DNA from: a virus
Lineage: Duplodnaviria; Caudoviricetes
Virus record (IMG/VR): IMGVR_UViG_2595698517_000001
Coordinates: 92,177-156,176 of that record
DNA: 64,000 bases
Strand: one strand, 5' to 3'
Shown here: positions 58,796 through 64,000 of the stretch, one piece after another
Layout of the letters: the number at the start of each line of letters is the position of its first letter
Position numbering within the stretch: the first letter of the stretch is position 1
Notes under the pieces: model-generated
Seen by the model: only the letters and a program-made list of their open reading frames with translations
The model's database searches: none
Told to the model about the DNA's origin: nothing
Position numbers and translations under genes: made by a program

Positions 58796-59758
58796 TTAGA
58801 TATTTTTTAAAATTTCTTTGAAAACTTCAATATCTTGTGCTGTACCATCGCCACGTTTTACTCGGCTAACCGCATTACGGATACCTTGAACTGTAGCAGG
58901 GTGCATTTTGTGATGGTTAGCAACCACGTAGTCAGAAACCTTAGATACGTGTTGTGTAGCATCGAATACTTCCTCTTGTGGCTCTTCAGCAGCAGGTGTT
59001 TCATCTTCCTGCGGCTCAACCTCAGGGATGCCATTAGATTTAGAGATATAGCCTAAAGCTTTACCTTCTACTTCTTCTTCCTCTTCAGGTTTCTCTGCTG
59101 ATTTTGCTACTTCTTCCTCAACCTCTGTAACTTCTTCAGTTTCAGGTTCAGAAGCAGGTTCTTCCACAACTGGTTCCTCAGCAGGAACTTCCGCTGATTT
59201 CTCTAACTTCTCAGTTAGTTCATTGATAGATTTCATTACAGTTTCTAACGATTGTTTAATACCGTCTACGTCACCTTGTAATGATCCGTGAGACTTAACA
59301 ATAGCTTCGAATGCACGAAGGAACTCTGCGCCTGTAGGAGCTGTTACTTCTTCAGACTTTTTAACTTCTTCGTCTTTCTTATCCTTGTTTTTGTCCTTGT
59401 CATCTTTTTTGTCTTTGCCTTTATCTTCCTTGTCCTTGTCGTCCCCGTCTTCGTCTTTCTTAGACTTTTCTACTGGTTCTTCAGTAGCTTCGGGTTCAGC
59501 AGCAACAGGTTCTGCTTTAGGCTCAACTTCAGGTTCAGCAGGCTCTTCTGCAACTGGTTCTTCAGTTACAGGCTCTTCCTCTTTGCCTTCTTCCTCTTTA
59601 ACTGGTTCAATAACCACTGGTTCTTCAACAGGTGCTACTACCTCAGGCTCTTGAACTGGTGCAACAGGTTCTGCTCCTGGGACTTTAACTTCCTCAGGTT
59701 TTTCTGCCGACTTTTCTAAATGTTCTGATAATTGAGCAAATGATTTATCTTTAGCCAT
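58796..59758 (-). CDS. Scaffold-like acidic protein
   Basis: Glu/Pro-rich with repeated KS cleavage-like sites; lies between protease and MCP. Confidence 0.75.
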   Translation of the reverse strand: MAKDKSFAQLSEHLEKSAEKPEEVKVPGAEPVAPVQEPEVVAPVEEPVVIEPVKEEEGKEEEPVTEEPVAEEPAEPEVEPKAEPVAAEPEATEEPVEKSKKDEDGDDKDKEDKGKDKKDDKDKNKDKKDEEVKKSEEVTAPTGAEFLRAFEAIVKSHGSLQGDVDGIKQSLETVMKSINELTEKLEKSAEVPAEEPVVEEPASEPETEEVTEVEEEVAKSAEKPEEEEEVEGKALGYISKSNGIPEVEPQEDETPAAEEPQEEVFDATQHVSKVSDYVVANHHKMHPATVQGIRNAVSRVKRGDGTAQDIEVFKEILKNI

Positions 59759-59773
59759 TTATGAAACTCCCTT

Positions 59774-60571
59774 CTATTGTTCGGACATTCTTTCCATTTG
59801 TGCTAAAATCTCTTTAGCCTGGTCTCTAGAATATCCCTTCGAAATTTGTAAGAATAGAATAGCGCTATCGTCAGTGTACCTTCCCATAGCATCTAAGTAT
59901 CCGCCTACTTCGTCCCAAATGTTCTTGAACTGCTCTTCGTCTGTTTCTTTTAGTGCCCAGGATAGGTTATATAAACTTCTTGCCAGGCTGTCAGGATTCA
60001 ATGCAGCAACGCCTGTGCTATCTTCAGGTGTCATTGCATACCCAACTTGGAAACTCTTCATGAAAGCGTCCCATACAGCGTTAGGATTAGCAGGGTTAGT
60101 TGTAACTGCTACGTTTGTAACGTATGTACTCTTGATAATACGAGGATCGCTTTTATCACGAGCTCTAGCAAAACCTTCGATAGAGAATCCTATCTTACGG
60201 TCAATACCTGACTTTTGAATGTTGTTTGCCAGGTTCCAAATGCTTTTCGCATATGGGTTGTTTTTATATAGCTTTCCTTCTACAAACAAACCAACGTCAT
60301 CTACGTGAGTGCCTTCAGTAGGAACACCGATTTTGTACTCTTCACCTTGGTAGTGCTCATAGTTTAAATAACCGTGAGTAATTAAATGGCTAATGTCAAT
60401 ACCTTTAGGATCAACAATGTCATCTTGTAAATCAAGGTCAGGAGTTGTAGCGTAACCTTTCAGGCACCAAGATTTACCGCTAGGGTCTTCATTACTTTTG
60501 CTGATAGACTCGTCTAGGTCAATTGGCACGAATAGGTTGACTTTGTTTGTTAAGGGGTTAATAGTGTTCAT
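59774..60571 (-). CDS. Prohead protease
   Basis: GYATTPDLD, NYEH, GFSIEG, VAVTTNPANP. Confidence 0.9.
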   Translation of the reverse strand: MNTINPLTNKVNLFVPIDLDESISKSNEDPSGKSWCLKGYATTPDLDLQDDIVDPKGIDISHLITHGYLNYEHYQGEEYKIGVPTEGTHVDDVGLFVEGKLYKNNPYAKSIWNLANNIQKSGIDRKIGFSIEGFARARDKSDPRIIKSTYVTNVAVTTNPANPNAVWDAFMKSFQVGYAMTPEDSTGVAALNPDSLARSLYNLSWALKETDEEQFKNIWDEVGGYLDAMGRYTDDSAILFLQISKGYSRDQAKEILAQMERMSEQ

Positions 60572-60626
60572 AGGGTGCCCTCCCCTCTAAGTGGTGTGTG
60601 CTATACAAGCACGTTTTTGATGTCTC

Positions 60627-60636
60627 TAATATAACA
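60627..60636 (-). promoter_or_regulatory. Late promoter TGTTATATTA
   Basis: Exact motif upstream of the protease. Confidence 0.7.
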
Positions 60637-60660
60637 GAAGCACCACTTAGTTGAGGATTT

Positions 60661-60831
60661 TTATGATAATGTTTCTTTTCGTTTGTCGATTAGATACAGA
60701 CGTTTACCATCGATTACCCCTTGCAGGTACTCTTTGGTATCGTCACCCTCGCAACCAAACTTAGGAAGCTTTTTGTACTTAGCGATTCTATAACCATCAT
60801 TCAAACCTTTTTTATAGTTCGTGAGAGCCAT
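60661..60831 (-). CDS. 56-aa protein (MALTNYKKGLNDGYRIAKYKKLPKFGCEGDDTKEYLQGVIDGKRLYLIDKRKETLS)
   Basis: Not in the ORF track; TAATG coupling to portal; AAAGGTG RBS. Confidence 0.6.
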   Translation of the reverse strand: MALTNYKKGLNDGYRIAKYKKLPKFGCEGDDTKEYLQGVIDGKRLYLIDKRKETLS

Positions 60832-62507
60832 TAGTCACCTTTCCCTCCTTGCTTCATAGAGTTTGTGTTCTTAGCGCCTTTTAACTGTCCGTCTTTTCCT
60901 ACGTCCTTGTTAAAGGAACCTTTACCATTAACATTGCTAGAGTCACCGTTCATCCCTTTTTGTTCTGCCTGGGATTGTTCCTCTTTAGCTGTCTGCGATG
61001 GTTTACCTCCTGGAACTTGTCCATTCGGAGTCATAGCCATTTGCTTTTCCATCATTTCTTTTTGTAATAACTGACCTAAACGTTGTACGTGAACTCCTGC
61101 AAGTGTTACGTCTCCACCTTCGATAGGCGGGTAACCTAGCTCGTTACGAATATCATTAATTGTTAATCCGATTTGTGCTTTCGCTTCCAGGATTTCTATG
61201 ATCTCACGTTCAGTCTGTACGTCTCCACCTACAAAGCTGAAAATGTACTTATCTCCAAATTGAGAAACAATGTATTTGTTAATAGCGTCCTCGATGAATT
61301 TAAGTAAAGGCTCTAACCCTTTATCCTTCGAGCTACGATGCTTCTCTTTTGTGCTACCTTCATTTAGAGAGTTACCGCTACTACCTGTAGCCCCTCCACG
61401 GTTCGGGAAGTTAATCTCCGATGGGTCAATAGCATAAATAGAGCAACATACGTTGATTAGGTAGTTCAACCATTTCTCAAATTCCATATCACGAGACGAT
61501 TGTGTCATATTAACGAACTTAACATCTTCCGCAGATACTACAGGAATCTTCCAAGCACCATTGATACCGCTAAACATAGCAGTCCATTCTCTTCTGAAAG
61601 CCTGTAACGCTTGAGTAGATTGTTCTTGTCCTGTTTTAATATGTAATAGTCCTCGTGTCGTACCACCTTGAGCAAAGTAGCGAGCGTTAAATAGCTCTGT
61701 ATTCTCATGGTACTGTAGATGGTTCATAGCGATTTCTAGCTCAGAATAACCGTAACGACCTACAGTAATATCTGTTCTAGGGTTATGTACTTCCCATGCC
61801 ATTTCGTTAGCCTTAAACTCCGCTACTTTTCGCTTGTCCAGGATTTGAACGAACTTAGTAACGTTCTTACCTTTTGGCTCATGACCATTCTCATCTACTG
61901 CAACATATATTGTAGCTGCGTCAACCGCTGTGAATCGGTTAAGTTCGCCTTTTTTGTCATAGATCAATTCGAAGTTAATCTTGTCATAAACCAGTCGGTC
62001 ACGAACAAGCTTCTTAACGAATGTACGTAAGTTATCTTTTGTAAAGTCTTTTTCATCTTTACCAGTGTGCTGCAAGAAACTCTCGATTCGTTCTATCTTA
62101 GCTAGATCGTGCGAAGATGGTTTTTCTTGTGGGTTCTTTAATCGAACCTCGTAACCGATACCTCTATCACTCTGCCGAGCAGGAGTACAGAATAGAGAGA
62201 CCTGGTTCACACGGGTATTAATAATTGCATTAAGGATAATATTCTTTCTTGACCATAGCTTTAATGTTTCAAGTAAGTTATAGTTACCTCTTGCTGAAGG
62301 AGCTTCTTTGTAATCGGGGTTCATCGACATACTACCTAATAACGGTTCTTCGTATGCTTTTGCTCTTCCCTGACTAGCATTATTGCTCTTCATAAGTACT
62401 GCTGCTTGTTCTATCTCTTGAATCCTAGTAGACAACGTATCATGCTCCTGGATTGTTCCTACTGGGGACTCGTTTACCTTTCGACTGAACCAGTCAAATG
62501 CACCCAT
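60831..62507 (-). CDS. Portal protein
   Basis: AIINTRVNQV, YGYSELE, GGTTRGLL, DMEFEKW, GLEPLL motifs. Confidence 0.95.
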   Translation of the reverse strand: MGAFDWFSRKVNESPVGTIQEHDTLSTRIQEIEQAAVLMKSNNASQGRAKAYEEPLLGSMSMNPDYKEAPSARGNYNLLETLKLWSRKNIILNAIINTRVNQVSLFCTPARQSDRGIGYEVRLKNPQEKPSSHDLAKIERIESFLQHTGKDEKDFTKDNLRTFVKKLVRDRLVYDKINFELIYDKKGELNRFTAVDAATIYVAVDENGHEPKGKNVTKFVQILDKRKVAEFKANEMAWEVHNPRTDITVGRYGYSELEIAMNHLQYHENTELFNARYFAQGGTTRGLLHIKTGQEQSTQALQAFRREWTAMFSGINGAWKIPVVSAEDVKFVNMTQSSRDMEFEKWLNYLINVCCSIYAIDPSEINFPNRGGATGSSGNSLNEGSTKEKHRSSKDKGLEPLLKFIEDAINKYIVSQFGDKYIFSFVGGDVQTEREIIEILEAKAQIGLTINDIRNELGYPPIEGGDVTLAGVHVQRLGQLLQKEMMEKQMAMTPNGQVPGGKPSQTAKEEQSQAEQKGMNGDSSNVNGKGSFNKDVGKDGQLKGAKNTNSMKQGGKGD

Positions 62508-62534
62508 CCAATGTCACCTCTGTTTATTAGCACT

Positions 62535-62825
62535 CTACGTTTTGCATTCAACGGAGTCTCGATCAGCATACTCGAATACCTTTCGACTGTTCAGTACGTT
62601 CTCATAAGTATCTGTCACCGATTCTCCTCGTCTATTAACTAATGACACTTGGTTATCTTCGGTGAGGTCTACAATAAGCCGCTTCTCTCCGTCTACAACA
62701 GAGTAAACTAGCACATTCTTACCACCGATAGCCTTGTAATAGCTAATGACTTCTAGCCACGTATAGTTCTGATTTAGTAATTTCTTTGCTGTTTGCCATT
62801 TAGAATCTTCTCTGAATGAACTCAA
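62535..62825 (-). CDS. Conserved hypothetical protein upstream of portal
   Basis: 96-aa ORF, TTG start, late motif TCTTATATTA at 62847-62856. Confidence 0.75.
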   Translation of the reverse strand: MSSFREDSKWQTAKKLLNQNYTWLEVISYYKAIGGKNVLVYSVVDGEKRLIVDLTEDNQVSLVNRRGESVTDTYENVLNSRKVFEYADRDSVECKT

Positions 62826-62950
62826 AATAGGTCACGCCCTTAGGTATAATATAAGACTACATAGTCTAAACTTTGGAAATACGGAGTACGGAATGTGTAC
62901 TTTAATTATATCATAGACAGCTTTTAGGGGGTCTGCTAGAGGACACAACG

Positions 62951-62981
62951 AAAAAAAGCCCTTCGGCACAAAGGACTTTTT
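62951..62981 (-). terminator. Terminator closing the candidate ncRNA
   Basis: AGTCCTTT-loop-GAAGGGCT followed by a T-run on the minus strand. Confidence 0.75.
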
Positions 62982-62997
62982 AATGTATACTATGAAA

Positions 62998-63346
62998 TTT
63001 TGCTACCACATCAGCCACAAGGCAACTACGGAGACCACAAGTGAACTCTCGCAAACCTGGAACAGTGGATTTTATCGAACTTTATCGGGCTATACCTTCT
63101 TGGTAGTCTTTGCCCTCTTTGATCTGTTAACTATGACCTCTGATATATAAGAACTTTGAGTTTTAACCTTTAAGCTGTGAACTTTGAGCTTTTACCCAGT
63201 TGTATGTCTCTGTGTCCACCACTGAGACTATCATGTAAGTAAGCTCTTTCGGCTTAATATTTGGTTAGGATTTTATCCTACAAAGTTCATACTATATCGT
63301 CAGTATGTAACGCACTTGGTTTGTAGTTGTCGATGTAGCAGCAAAA
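62998..63346 (-). ncRNA. Candidate ~350-nt structured RNA with paired ends and a heptamer array
   Basis: 15-bp terminal helix UUUUGCUGCUACAUC/GAUGUGGUAGCAAAA with two G-U pairs valid only on the minus strand, further nested pairings, four internal hairpins, no ORF. Confidence 0.7.
63105..63192 (-). repeat. Degenerate 7-nt tandem array, consensus ANAGNTY
   Basis: AAAGCTC AAAGTTC ACAGCTT AAAGGTT AAAACTC AAAGTTC tt ATATATC AGAGGTC ATAGTTA ACAGATC AAAGAGG gc AAAGACT. Confidence 0.75.
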
Positions 63347-63376
63347 GGTTTCCCCCTCGTTAGAGGGGGTTATTCA

Positions 63377-64000
63377 CTAAGCTAATTCAAGCTCTGTCTT
63401 CGCATTGCTCTCAGAAAGAACAACGTCAACATCTAACTTGAACTTGGTGATGCGCTCTGTTAACTCATCGATCTCCTTACGAAGAGCTAATGGGTCAACT
63501 AAATGAGGTTCGTAACGTTTTTTCACGTTCTTAACGATACCGTTATGCTCCTCATCTGTTAGAGTACGATCATTAGGCTTGTCTTCCGCAAGACGTTTAT
63601 CAGTTTGCTGCTCTAAGTGCTGTACAGCGTAGTTATACGTGTTAACAACTTGAGAGTACTGATTACGTAAGTGCTGAAGAAGCGCTTCCTCGTGGATGAT
63701 CGAGTCTTTACGGTCAATTGCTTCAGCAACTGTCATCGTCTCAGTACCGATCGTTACAAGGGTTTCTGCATTTGACTTAATGATTGCAGCCTTGATTGCA
63801 TTTCTACGTTTGATTAAATCATTTGCCGATTGGTATTTAGCCTTGATTGTTTCTTCACACTCTTTTACAGAGTTGAATCCTTCAGGCTTACCATTATCAC
63901 CTACGTAAAGGGACATGAAAGTTTGATTCGTTGCCTTACGAATGCGGTCTCCTAAAGTCTTTAACTCCATTAAACCACGTTGTACTGACATCTTTTCCAT
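63377..64000 (-). CDS. DIP1984/septicolysin-like long coiled-coil protein
   Basis: IIKSNAETLV...MTVAEAIDRKD and VDPLALRKEIDEL...LSESNAKTEL match the family pattern from memory. The ATG is at the window edge, so the RBS is not visible. Confidence 0.65.
   Translation of the reverse strand: MEKMSVQRGLMELKTLGDRIRKATNQTFMSLYVGDNGKPEGFNSVKECEETIKAKYQSANDLIKRRNAIKAAIIKSNAETLVTIGTETMTVAEAIDRKDSIIHEEALLQHLRNQYSQVVNTYNYAVQHLEQQTDKRLAEDKPNDRTLTDEEHNGIVKNVKKRYEPHLVDPLALRKEIDELTERITKFKLDVDVVLSESNAKTELELA

Noticed and set aside
63105-63192. CRISPR array or microsatellite
   Set aside because: Units are 7 nt with no spacers, and degeneracy is position-specific rather than identical copies.
1-64000. tRNA genes
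   Set aside because: No cloverleaf with T-loop and CCA pattern was seen in the intergenic gaps by eye; tRNAscan-SE would confirm.

Overview
This window is part of a lytic Bacillus-type myovirus genome (Herelleviridae/SPO1-Twort-like gene order, probably Bastillevirinae), with essentially all genes on the minus strand. Read in the direction of transcription (right to left) it holds portal, prohead protease, scaffold, major capsid, neck, sheath and tube; an inserted accessory block (3D-domain protein, Rep-like HTH protein, Rok-like protein); tail chaperones, tape measure, baseplate and fibres with a free-standing GIY-YIG endonuclease; then replication and nucleotide genes (SF2 helicase, HTH protein, DnaB-like helicase, SbcDC, primase, dUTPase, resolvase, nrdAB, flavodoxin, thioredoxin, Pol-beta nucleotidyltransferase). 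The strongest candidate for an undescribed system is at the right end: a DIP1984/septicolysin-like coiled-coil gene followed by a ~350-nt end-paired structured RNA carrying an array of ANAGNUY heptamers. Other highlights: an endonuclease carrying a synonymously recoded duplicate of its neighbour's first nine codons; a Rok-like gene split by one in-frame stop next to a gene with three perfect DnaA boxes; WalR- and NrdR-like boxes upstream of functionally matching phage genes; an antisense sigmaA-driven small RNA candidate. All calls come from reading motifs by eye; no database search or folding computation was run.
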